Origin: Candidatus Micrarchaeota archaeon
GTDB lineage: Archaea; Micrarchaeota; Micrarchaeia; Norongarragalinales; SBBD01
Length of the DNA: 16,853 nt
Reading direction: 5' to 3'
NCBI GenBank assembly: GCA_038046605.1
Contig: JBBSVW010000080.1
Span: 1-16,853 of the forward strand
Shown here: in pieces, positions 1-8,229 of the stretch
How the letters are laid out: each line of letters starts with the position of its first letter
Numbering within the stretch: position 1 is the stretch's first letter
Translations under genes and position numbers: made by a program
The notes under the pieces: model-generated
The model's input: the letters and a program-made list of their open reading frames with translations, nothing else
Databases searched by the model: none
Told to the model about the DNA's origin: nothing

Positions 1-687
1 TGAGGATACAGCCCTTTTCATATCCACAAGCGTCCGATCCATCCCTTTCATTCTTTCCTTGAAAAGCCTTGAGGTCGCAACAGTTTCCCTCATGCCCGCC
101 CTTGAGGGGACCTTCTTTTTTTTTGCATCAACAATTGCAATCACATTCCGGATTTGCAGCCAGTGGTTTTCATCGGCGATTTGCACCGCAAACGAATCCG
201 TTCCGTCCGCCTTGGTTCCTTTTTGCCACTCCACAAAACCGCCGTAAACGGATCGCGATGCCGAGCCGGAGCCTAGCCTTGCGATAATGGATAGCTCTTT
301 TCCGGATAACTGAAGGCCCAGTGCCGCATTTATTGCAAAAGCAAGGGCGGCATAACCCGAAGCGGAAGACGCCATTCCTGCAGCTGTTGGAAAATAGTTT
401 TTGGAGGTTATTTTTGCATGCATTTTTACATCGTATTTATCGTGCAAGTAGGAGAATACTTTGTTGATACCAGCAAGTTCGGCGCCAATTATTTTTTTTC
501 CATCCAAAATGAGCGATGTTTCCCTAAGCGATTTATCAAATCCTATTTCCGTTATGGTTTTGAGCGTTTCATCCATCGTAAAACTGAGCGAGGAATTTGT
601 AGGCAGCATCAATTCCTCATCCCGCTTGCCCCAATATTTCACGACGGCAATGTTTGGGGTTGCAAGTGCGGTTGCGAAATAAGCCAT
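1..687 (-). CDS. mvaD: Diphosphomevalonate decarboxylase (MvaD/MDD) family GHMP protein, 3' end runs off the window
   Basis: Not in the ORF track. Manual minus-strand translation from ATG at 687 gives MAYFATALATPNIAVVKYWGKRDEELMLPTNSSLSFTMD...NYFPTAAGMASSASGYAALA...ARLGSGSASRSVYGGFVEW...KKKVPSRAGM, which are the hallmark MDD motifs. Confidence 0.93.
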   Translation of the reverse strand, partial: MAYFATALATPNIAVVKYWGKRDEELMLPTNSSLSFTMDETLKTITEIGFDKSLRETSLILDGKKIIGAELAGINKVFSYLHDKYDVKMHAKITSKNYFPTAAGMASSASGYAALAFAINAALGLQLSGKELSIIARLGSGSASRSVYGGFVEWQKGTKADGTDSFAVQIADENHWLQIRNVIAIVDAKKKKVPSRAGMRETVATSRLFKERMKGMDRTLVDMKRAVSS

Positions 688-750
688 AGACTAAAACCCA
701 AACAATTGGGATTTTGCGCTTTAAAACAGTTGGCTGCGAAATGAGGGCGC

Positions 751-1452
751 TCACTCATGCTCACTGCGCTCAAGTATGCCTTTTCCTCGGATTATGGTCC
801 TTCGGGCGTGCTTATCTTCCTCGTGGCTGATTCTCAAGGAAAGTGGCGCTGATTTCAATGCCTTCATGCTCGAATGCAAGTTTAGCCAGTTTGTCGAAGC
901 CTCACCGGATGATTCCGATGTAATGAACCGCTTCGAGGTGAATGGATTCCCTTGCGGGTCGGTAGCCTTGGCAACGAGCAGTATATTCTTTGGGTCCCGG
1001 CGGTCATATTCGGCCGAAATCTCAAACTCCCCGCCCTTCATTTTTAACCGGGTTCCAAGCATATGGTCAAGCTCCACAATCCCCGTGCTCGGCTGCAGGT
1101 CTGAAATTTTCCTTGCAACATAGCGCCTTGCATCCCGCCTGTCCGCATATGTTTTTTTGACTATCATAAGCGCGTCCCCCACGCTCGACATGACCGGCTT
1201 AACATTCAAATGCCTGTAATTTTCAGCAATCGCATCAACCTGGTGAAGAAAATCCCTCGCTGCGTCTTTTGCGGGGAAAGAAAAGCTATTGGAACGGATC
1301 CGGACTTTGCCCCCCCGTTCGCCGCTAAGGTCCAGAAGGACCGTTTTTCCAACAATCCTAAAGCCCATTTTAATTGCAGTATCCGAATGCAGCTGCCGTT
1401 CAATTGTATTTTTTACAACTTCTAATTGTGTTGCGTAGGGGTATTGCGCCAT
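751..1452 (-). CDS. Hypothetical soluble protein (233 aa)
   Basis: Long ORF with GGTGA Shine-Dalgarno just upstream of ATG, co-oriented between the HAD gene and mvaD. No recognisable motif. Confidence 0.75.
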   Translation of the reverse strand: MAQYPYATQLEVVKNTIERQLHSDTAIKMGFRIVGKTVLLDLSGERGGKVRIRSNSFSFPAKDAARDFLHQVDAIAENYRHLNVKPVMSSVGDALMIVKKTYADRRDARRYVARKISDLQPSTGIVELDHMLGTRLKMKGGEFEISAEYDRRDPKNILLVAKATDPQGNPFTSKRFITSESSGEASTNWLNLHSSMKALKSAPLSLRISHEEDKHARRTIIRGKGILERSEHE

Positions 1453-1488
1453 TTAACTCACCATCAGGATTTATGCCCAAATCATTTA

Positions 1489-2334
1489 TTAAGAGTGCTT
1501 TGGGGCAAGAAGGCTAGGTAGGTTAGAGGGCATTTTGGCAACAGTGCAATCAACATACCCCCGGGGCAATTTCCCATACCCCCACTTCGCAAATAACAAG
1601 TTGGCTTGCCCCTCCACCTTTTTAAGGTTGAAGGGAATGTCATCGATGAAGGAATATTCTATTTTACCGGGAGATTTGGATGCATGGGATGTGCCGGTTT
1701 GGGCGGATGCCGTTTTTCCTAATAAATCCGTTTTTTTGCCATTCACATCCCCATATTTTTCCTCAAAATGCCCCTTCAGCATGGAAATCTGCATTCCCTT
1801 GACGTGCCTATCGCCCTTGTTCACCTCATGGCCGATTATGTATTCAAAATGGCGGAGGAGCTTGAAATGAGTTAGGATCTGCTTAATTGAATGCGAATCG
1901 CGGGCGGACATGATCGCATGCTTGATTCCAAGGTTAGAAAGGGATTCTAGGGTTTTAGGTATGCCGGCATAAACTTTTAACGTCCCGAAATATTCCGCTT
2001 TGTTTTCATTCATCAGCCTATCGCGCTCCTCGTAAAAGACGATGTCCATTTTTTTAAGGAAGGGCTGGTGCTTTTTGGTCACTTTCTCCAGGTTCTCCTC
2101 ATTCATCTCCAGCCCGGTATGGTGCAGGATGTAATTTGCAAAGAAATCCGCCGCGTTCACGGATTTTGACCTGTAAACCTCGAAATCCGAAAAGGGGATG
2201 GGCGCAAATTTGGCAATCCCGGCCTCCCTTGCCAGGTAATCCTTTTCACGCTCAATTGTGCGAAGCGTCAGTATGTAGCACTCCCTTACGGTATCCACAA
2301 TCACACCGTCAAAATCCCAAATAAGCACACGCAC
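1489..2334 (-). CDS. HAD-superfamily hydrolase (phosphoglycolate-phosphatase-like)
   Basis: Motif I LIWDFDGVIVDT, motif II IMSAR, motif III K (HVKG), motif IV FIDD, and C-terminal AKWGY. GTG start. Confidence 0.9.
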   Translation of the reverse strand: MRVLIWDFDGVIVDTVRECYILTLRTIEREKDYLAREAGIAKFAPIPFSDFEVYRSKSVNAADFFANYILHHTGLEMNEENLEKVTKKHQPFLKKMDIVFYEERDRLMNENKAEYFGTLKVYAGIPKTLESLSNLGIKHAIMSARDSHSIKQILTHFKLLRHFEYIIGHEVNKGDRHVKGMQISMLKGHFEEKYGDVNGKKTDLLGKTASAQTGTSHASKSPGKIEYSFIDDIPFNLKKVEGQANLLFAKWGYGKLPRGYVDCTVAKMPSNLPSLLAPKHS

Positions 2335-2411
2335 TGGATATTACCCGCTTAAAATATGAGAAAGGTTATTAGTAGATCGGGATTTAAATTAAGGCTAGGG
2401 GGAAATATTTT

Positions 2412-3467
2412 ATGGCATTGAAAATCATCCATTCAAGTTCCCCAACCAAGCTCATAATCGCAGGGGAGCATTCTGTTGTTTACGGAGGGATTGCGCTTGT
2501 TGCCCCGCTTGACAACAGGAAGGAGTGCATATGCAAAATCAGGAAGGTCCCTAAAGGTAAGGGCGTGATTTCGATTGCGGATACTTTCGGGAATGGCAAA
2601 TATTTCCCCGATGGCAGATTCGAGGATTTTGACGGATGGTTCAAGGCAAAAGCGCGCTTAATCGAGCACATCCTAAAAAGCGAGGGGAAGGGGATTGATT
2701 CTTTGGATATTGCAATAACACTTTCAAGGAACTTCATCCCAAAAGGAACTGGCCATTCGGCTTCAACTGCTTGCTCCCTAGCGCTTTGCATTTATGGGGC
2801 GCTTGGAATTTCACCAACAGAGGGCAAGCTATTCGAGGCGTGCCAGGCTTTCGAGGAGGTGGCGCACGGCGGGCGGCCCTCGGGCATAGATGCACGGGCG
2901 GTGATTTCGGATAACCCCCTAAGGTTTCGGAAGGAATTTTTAGAGGGAGGCAAAATAGGATACGATTACGAGGGCATGAACCTTGAATTGCCAAAAGGAA
3001 GCGCATTCATAATCGCTAGCACCCTTTTGAAGGGCGAATCGCCGCAAACAACTGACGAATTGCTCTCAAAATTTGCAAAAATTAGGGGCATTTCCGGCCT
3101 TCCTGGCGAAATTGGGCAGGGACAGAGGGAATCGGTTTACGGCCCATTTGATTTGCTTGTGGAGGAAATTTCCCAAGAGCTAAGCCTTAAAGGAAAGCCG
3201 GAAAAACTAGGCGGGCTTCTTTTGAAAAACCACCAAATGCTAAAGGAATGCGGCGTTTCGTCGGATACCATCGAGGAGGCAATCCAAATTTGCATGGAAA
3301 ACGGCGCGTACGGCGCAAAGCTGACTGGCGCTGGCGGCAGGGGCGGCGCAGTTCTTGCATACTGCAAAAAAAAGGATGTGGGGAAAATCATTAAGTCGCT
3401 GAAAAGGGCGGGATTTGCCGGAATAACCGCGCAGATTTCAAGCAGGGGCGCTTGCATTGATAAATAA
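2412..3467 (+). CDS. mvk: Mevalonate kinase-like GHMP kinase
   Basis: PTKLIIAGEHSVVYG (motif I), E..AHGGRPSGID, GAKLTGAGGRGG (motif III). Close to mvaD. Confidence 0.85.
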   Translation: MALKIIHSSSPTKLIIAGEHSVVYGGIALVAPLDNRKECICKIRKVPKGKGVISIADTFGNGKYFPDGRFEDFDGWFKAKARLIEHILKSEGKGIDSLDIAITLSRNFIPKGTGHSASTACSLALCIYGALGISPTEGKLFEACQAFEEVAHGGRPSGIDARAVISDNPLRFRKEFLEGGKIGYDYEGMNLELPKGSAFIIASTLLKGESPQTTDELLSKFAKIRGISGLPGEIGQGQRESVYGPFDLLVEEISQELSLKGKPEKLGGLLLKNHQMLKECGVSSDTIEEAIQICMENGAYGAKLTGAGGRGGAVLAYCKKKDVGKIIKSLKRAGFAGITAQISSRGACIDK

Positions 3468-3547
3468 GCATAAAGAGTTATTCGCAGATATGAAATGCCG
3501 GGACGATTTCAATTATTACCTGCGCCTAGCTCTTGATTTCAATGACA

Positions 3548-4255
3548 CTATTTTCGTTCATACTCGAGCACTTTGCGCTTGAACGTATCGGCCGATATGA
3601 ACATCAAAAAGCCGGATGCCAAAACGCCTAGTGTGCCCGCAGCTTTAAGGAATATTGGATGGGGGAACAGGCCAAGAAGGGATGGATCGGCCAGGAATGC
3701 AGATGCAACTCCAGGAAGCAAAATGAGGGCGCCGGCGGAATAGAGCATGCGCGAAACCCTAACGACCTTTGAAAAGGTGATGGCGTAGTTTGCCAGGTAA
3801 AACATCGAAAGCGATAGCATCATCATGGATGTGGAAAAGAGCATATTGTTCAAAACGTCCCCAAAATCAGGCAGCTGAAAAGAGAGGTATACGGTTAGGC
3901 CAAGATAGGCAACAATCACTGCCGCAAAGAGGCCCGAAAGTTCCTTTCGAAGCTGCAATAGGCGGATTTGGTGCGCAAGGTATAGCAGCATAAGGCATCC
4001 CATGGCGAGCAGCACGGATAAGGAAGTCACAACCGCCCTTGCAAGCGGCACATCATAGAACAGGTACTGGTAGAATAGGAATGCCGGATAGAGGATGAGA
4101 AGGGGCAAAATCAAATAGAGCATTTTCCACTCAAGCTTGCGATTTTCAAACCGCGCATCCTTGAGGATGTCACGAAGGACCATCCCTGAAATCCCAATCA
4201 ATATCCAGCCCGCAATGGAGAGCAGGTCTAGAAGGGCAAAAAGCGAATCTCTCAT
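3548..4255 (-). CDS. Integral membrane protein, ~7 TM, unknown function
   Basis: Seven hydrophobic segments. Start placed at ATG 4255 because it overlaps the minD stop as ATGA (4255-4252). The ORF track start at 4285 lies inside minD. Confidence 0.8.
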   Translation of the reverse strand: MRDSLFALLDLLSIAGWILIGISGMVLRDILKDARFENRKLEWKMLYLILPLLILYPAFLFYQYLFYDVPLARAVVTSLSVLLAMGCLMLLYLAHQIRLLQLRKELSGLFAAVIVAYLGLTVYLSFQLPDFGDVLNNMLFSTSMMMLSLSMFYLANYAITFSKVVRVSRMLYSAGALILLPGVASAFLADPSLLGLFPHPIFLKAAGTLGVLASGFLMFISADTFKRKVLEYERK

Positions 4256-5046
4256 TTGCCCACCCGAAATAGCCTGGAGAGCCATCCGATCAATTTCGAA
4301 AGCGCGCCCTTGCCAGAAGGCCTAGGCACCTCGCTTCCCGAAATCACTTCGGCGGCATACCTAAGCATCTGGCTGGCCGCGCTATTTGGCTTGTAGAGCG
4401 TCACGGGAAGCCTTGCCGCAATCGATGCGGGCACATTGTCATCCTCTGGAATATCGCATATCACCTTGACTTCCGACATGCTCTCGATTTCCTTTTCTGA
4501 AAGCTCGTAGTTGGAGTTTGTGATGCGGTTAGCAACTATACCCACAACCTCCGTTTTCACATCCTTGCAAAGCGAAACTATTTTGGAGGCGCTTGTTATG
4601 GATGGGATATCGGGCGTCGTCACGATCACGACCTTGTCACACGCCTCAAGGATTGCCTCCACATCCTCCGTGATTCCCGGGGGCGAATCAACAATCACGT
4701 AATCGTATGCATCGAGTGATTTCAAAATATTCTTGAGGTTTTTGAGATTCACATCGGGCTTGTACTTAAGGCTGGCTGGCAAAACGCGAAGGCCCGTCAT
4801 CGGGTGGATTATGAGCCCGTCGGAAATCTTGTTTTTCCCAGCCAGCACTTCCTGAATTCCAATTGGCGTGTAAGAAAGCCCAAGATGCAGCGAAATGGAA
4901 GGATTGCTAAGGTCGGCATCAACAAGCGCAACCTGCCTGCCCATTTTGGATAGGATCGAGGCGGTGTTTACCGCAACCACGCTTTTGCCAACGCCTCCCT
5001 TGCCGGAGATGATGCCAATTATTTGAGTCCCTTTTCCTTCCGCCAT
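4252..5046 (-). CDS. minD: MinD/ParA-family ATPase (archaeal MinD)
   Basis: Deviant Walker A SGKGGVGKS, VALVDADL, DYVIVDSPPG, and a C-terminal amphipathic membrane-targeting helix LSKLIGWLSRLF. Confidence 0.9.
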   Translation of the reverse strand: MAEGKGTQIIGIISGKGGVGKSVVAVNTASILSKMGRQVALVDADLSNPSISLHLGLSYTPIGIQEVLAGKNKISDGLIIHPMTGLRVLPASLKYKPDVNLKNLKNILKSLDAYDYVIVDSPPGITEDVEAILEACDKVVIVTTPDIPSITSASKIVSLCKDVKTEVVGIVANRITNSNYELSEKEIESMSEVKVICDIPEDDNVPASIAARLPVTLYKPNSAASQMLRYAAEVISGSEVPRPSGKGALSKLIGWLSRLFRVGK

Positions 5047-5075
5047 CCGCTCACACTAAAGGGACGCTCCCATTC

Positions 5076-5089
5076 TTTATAAGTTTTGT
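5076..5089 (-). promoter_or_regulatory. Putative BRE/TATA promoter of minD
   Basis: Minus strand ACAAAACTTATAAA, with the TATA ~30 nt upstream of the minD ATG. Matches archaeal spacing. Confidence 0.55.
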
Positions 5090-5219
5090 GAAAATAGCAC
5101 GAGTGAAAAAGCAAGGCCTCTAGCTTCATCCGTTACCGATTCGCAAACAAAATAAGGTGGGAGGCGGCGATGTTGGAATTGCCAAACAATTCCGACATAA
5201 GTGGACACAAAGTCTACGC

Positions 5220-5255
5220 GACACGTGGTGGGGGGATATCCCCCCATGGAGTGTC
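5220..5255 (-). terminator. GC-rich hairpin immediately after the stop of the anchored surface protein
   Basis: Perfect palindrome TGGGGGGATATCCCCCCA (5229-5246) flanked by GACAC/GTGTC arms, 2 nt from the stop codon. Confidence 0.5.
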
Positions 5256-5257
5256 AT

Positions 5258-6970
5258 TTATTTCTCGATGTGGCGCTTGATCTGCTTTATGTAGCCTTCA
5301 CGCAGGGTGATGTGCGCTTCCCTCTCGCCCTTTTCCTTCTTTTTCCCGAGGTAGTGGAATAGCGACAGCAGGAATATGATGGTGATTATTATTGCCCCCA
5401 GGATGTATTGCCAGGATAAGGCAATTGCCCGCTGGACTGTCACATAGCCCGTTTGCGAAATGAGGAATTCGTCATCGAGAAGGACGCTGATTGTTGCCGA
5501 ATGCGTCCCATCGCTTCCTGGAGGCGCCCTGACCTTGAATTTGAGATCGGTTGTGCCCCTTGGGACCAAAACGCCCTCCAGGGTCAGGGGCTGCGTTTCA
5601 AAACCGGTTGGGATTTCAAGGGTTGCCTTGAAATTAACCGGCTCAAAGCCTGCATAGAAAACTTTCGCAAAAACCTCGCCCTCGCCGCCCTCCGAAATCA
5701 GGGTGCTGAAAATTTCCCGGATCACAACAATATCGGATAATTTTATTTCCTTGGGGGAAACCTCCACCTGCTTTACGCTCCAATAAACATATGGGCGATA
5801 TTCCTGGAGCAGCTTGTATATGGAATATGAGACGGAAGCGCGCTCAAGCGGGGCGAGTTCCCTAAAGAGCCATTTGACTTGCAGCGGATCGCCCGAAACT
5901 TCCGCTGGCTTATCCGCAAAAACAATGTCATCGCGGCTTGCCCTAAGCTCGGGAATGATTTCATCAATTACGCGCAAATACGCTATTGCTTTCGTGGAAG
6001 GGTTGATCACATCAATTGTGACCTTGGTTGCGCCAAGGGGCCTATCAAGCCGAATTGTCTTTAGGACAACGGGAAATTGCGCCCCCCTGGTTGCAGCCTT
6101 GATCCGAAGCGCAATGTAATCCGTCGCCACCTCGCTATCCTCACGCGCATCAATCCTGACAAGGTAATCGCCCGGCAGGGCGTTTTGCGGTATCGTGAAT
6201 GCGAGGTTTATTGCCCTATCCTCGGATGGGAGCATGATGGTTTTGATTGGCGTATAACTGACCCAGCTGCTTGGCACTCCAGTAATATTTACAGTTAAGC
6301 TCTTTGTGCCTCCTGCGGTATTTTTCACGGATAGGCTCTCAAATGCAGTTGTGCCCGCAAACATCTCCTTTAGGGGGGTGCTGCGTATGAATTGCACCTG
6401 CGTGGAAACGGGCCTGAGGCCATCAGGTATGACTGTTGGCCTAATTGTCACATTCTCATCAATAGCCGGGTTGGGATTCGAGCTCCCCCCTCCCCCGCCT
6501 GCAGGCGCGCCTGGCGTAGGTGTTGCGGTCGGTGCCGCCGTGATTTGGAATTGGCGCGAGAATATATTTGTCGAATTGATCCCATCCTCGTATAGCCCCG
6601 ATGCATTGGCATAATAGGCTCCAGCCGGATTCGAACCCGTTGCCCATGAGGATGAGAGGGTAATTGCCGAAAGCGGGGCTACGATTGATGGGGAAAAGGA
6701 AATGTTTTGGATAAATCCCCCGGTGGAATTGAAGATGGAAACATTGACCGAAACATTTGCCGAAATGGATCCCCCGTTTCCCAGCGTGACGAAAACATCC
6801 GTCGTGGCGCCGGCGTAGAGCGGATCAGATGAGACCGTAACGTCGATGATTGTGGCATTGGCAAAGTAGAGATCGACGCTGAAGAAGATCCTTGTTTGAA
6901 TGAAATCCGCCGAAACCATCAAGGATGCCATTAGCGCAAAAGCCAAAATCAGATTCCTTGGAAAAGCCAT
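5258..6970 (-). CDS. Secreted multi-Ig-like surface protein with C-terminal TM anchor; putative filament base/anchor
   Basis: Signal peptide (..LMVSA|DF), CARDB/NEW3-like repeats (VTLGNGG, SVKNTAG), Pro/Thr/Gly linker, TM YILGAIIITIIFLLSLFHYL followed by KKKEK. ATG 6970 is preceded by AGGAAG. Alternative GTG start at 6982. Confidence 0.85.
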   Translation of the reverse strand: MAFPRNLILAFALMASLMVSADFIQTRIFFSVDLYFANATIIDVTVSSDPLYAGATTDVFVTLGNGGSISANVSVNVSIFNSTGGFIQNISFSPSIVAPLSAITLSSSWATGSNPAGAYYANASGLYEDGINSTNIFSRQFQITAAPTATPTPGAPAGGGGGSSNPNPAIDENVTIRPTVIPDGLRPVSTQVQFIRSTPLKEMFAGTTAFESLSVKNTAGGTKSLTVNITGVPSSWVSYTPIKTIMLPSEDRAINLAFTIPQNALPGDYLVRIDAREDSEVATDYIALRIKAATRGAQFPVVLKTIRLDRPLGATKVTIDVINPSTKAIAYLRVIDEIIPELRASRDDIVFADKPAEVSGDPLQVKWLFRELAPLERASVSYSIYKLLQEYRPYVYWSVKQVEVSPKEIKLSDIVVIREIFSTLISEGGEGEVFAKVFYAGFEPVNFKATLEIPTGFETQPLTLEGVLVPRGTTDLKFKVRAPPGSDGTHSATISVLLDDEFLISQTGYVTVQRAIALSWQYILGAIIITIIFLLSLFHYLGKKKEKGEREAHITLREGYIKQIKRHIEK

Positions 6971-7181
6971 CTTCCTAACCACGAAAATAATTGCAGCGGG
7001 AATTTTAAGGCGATAACATTGGGCCCCAATGGAAAACCTCTTTGAAGCCTATCATGGAAAATCGGCAAATGATGCCGATTTATTGTGCGCACCGATGCGC
7101 AGTTTGAAAGCTACTAAAATCATGCGCAATTAGGGGGCAAAATAGTAAAAAAATACCAAGCGGCGCAAGCGGCATCCATGC

Positions 7182-8117
7182 CTAGGATTCCTTTACCTCA
7201 ATGAAAAGCATGAGCCAGGGCCTTCCTGTTCCAAAGCCACCGCCAGTGACATAGCGGTTGTCAAGGATGCTGCCCATTCCCTCATTATATTGGTCGGTTG
7301 GGGATATTGCATCTATACCAAGGGCATATTTGCCCGGCCTTAGGCCGCTGCCCGTCTTTATGCTTAGTTTAACGCGCTTTGCCCATCCAGCTGAAAACGT
7401 GGGATAGGCGGGCTCGAGCGTTAGTTCGCCTGGCGTTATCCCAATAATCCTGATGTTGCAGCGGGCATACCCAGTATCCTGCGAAACGGAATTGGATCCA
7501 TCAGCGAATGCGTTTTTAAGCGCGGATATTTTGCTTGGGTATGCGGGTACAAGCCTTAGCCCCTGGTAATTCAGGACGCCCCAATCCGCCCTCATCAGGA
7601 AATAAACCTCGAAAGAGGCATCAGCGCCGGTTGTGACGATGTATTCCGAAGGGTATGTGCCATACCCGAAAGCGGCGTGCGAATCGGTCGGGTAATTGCG
7701 CATCAGTTCAACCCCGGCGGATTCAAAATTCGGGTAGAATTCGGGCTGTTTCCAATAATCGGGCTTAACATTACCAAGCGTTAGCCTCCCTGCCTTGAAA
7801 TCGCCCCTAACCTTATCCAGATCATCGGGGAAGGGCGGAAGGTCGGCAAAAACCCTTTTTGGGAAATCGTAGCGGTCCTTGTTATCCAGCTCGCTTGCGG
7901 GGAAAAGTTTCAGGTAGGCGCCTTCTTCAAGCGCATCCTTTCCTGAAACGGGATCGGTTTGGGGCAAGCACTCCTCGGGCTTGAGCGATACGGTTGCCAC
8001 ATTCGAGGGCTTTGGGGATGCGGGCCCATTTTGCATTATGGAATAGGAAATGGCCGCAATCACTATAAGTAAGGCAATAACCATGGCCGTTTTTGCAAAG
8101 CCCCCCTTTTTCCTCAT
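7182..8117 (-). CDS. Membrane-tethered extracytoplasmic hypothetical protein (311 aa)
   Basis: Basic N-terminus plus one hydrophobic segment, a Pro-rich linker, and a beta-rich C-terminal half. Sits inside the surface cluster. Confidence 0.8.
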   Translation of the reverse strand: MRKKGGFAKTAMVIALLIVIAAISYSIMQNGPASPKPSNVATVSLKPEECLPQTDPVSGKDALEEGAYLKLFPASELDNKDRYDFPKRVFADLPPFPDDLDKVRGDFKAGRLTLGNVKPDYWKQPEFYPNFESAGVELMRNYPTDSHAAFGYGTYPSEYIVTTGADASFEVYFLMRADWGVLNYQGLRLVPAYPSKISALKNAFADGSNSVSQDTGYARCNIRIIGITPGELTLEPAYPTFSAGWAKRVKLSIKTGSGLRPGKYALGIDAISPTDQYNEGMGSILDNRYVTGGGFGTGRPWLMLFIEVKES

Positions 8118-8165
8118 CTGCTAACCCCCAACAACCCCCTACATCATCAGATATTTAAGTGGATC

Positions 8166-8227
8166 AAAAAAAATTAAAAGGTATGCTTGCGTATATCCCC
8201 GCCCAAGGGGCAAGGATGACCATACCT
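8166..8227 (-). terminator. Stem-loop plus U-tract downstream of the small secreted protein
   Basis: Nested inverted repeats AGGTATG/CATACCT, CTTG/CAAG and CCCC/GGGG right after the stop, followed on the minus strand by TTTTAATTTTTTTT. Confidence 0.55.
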
Positions 8228-8229
8228 CA

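Noticed and set aside
59-744. Plus-strand ORFs 59-247, 69-287, 418-744, 461-682
   Set aside because: Antisense shadows of the mvaD-family gene, which has clear motifs on the minus strand.
3548-4255. 7-TM protein as a microbial rhodopsin
   Set aside because: No DxxxK retinal-binding motif in mid-helix 7 and no RYxDW-like helix 3 motif.
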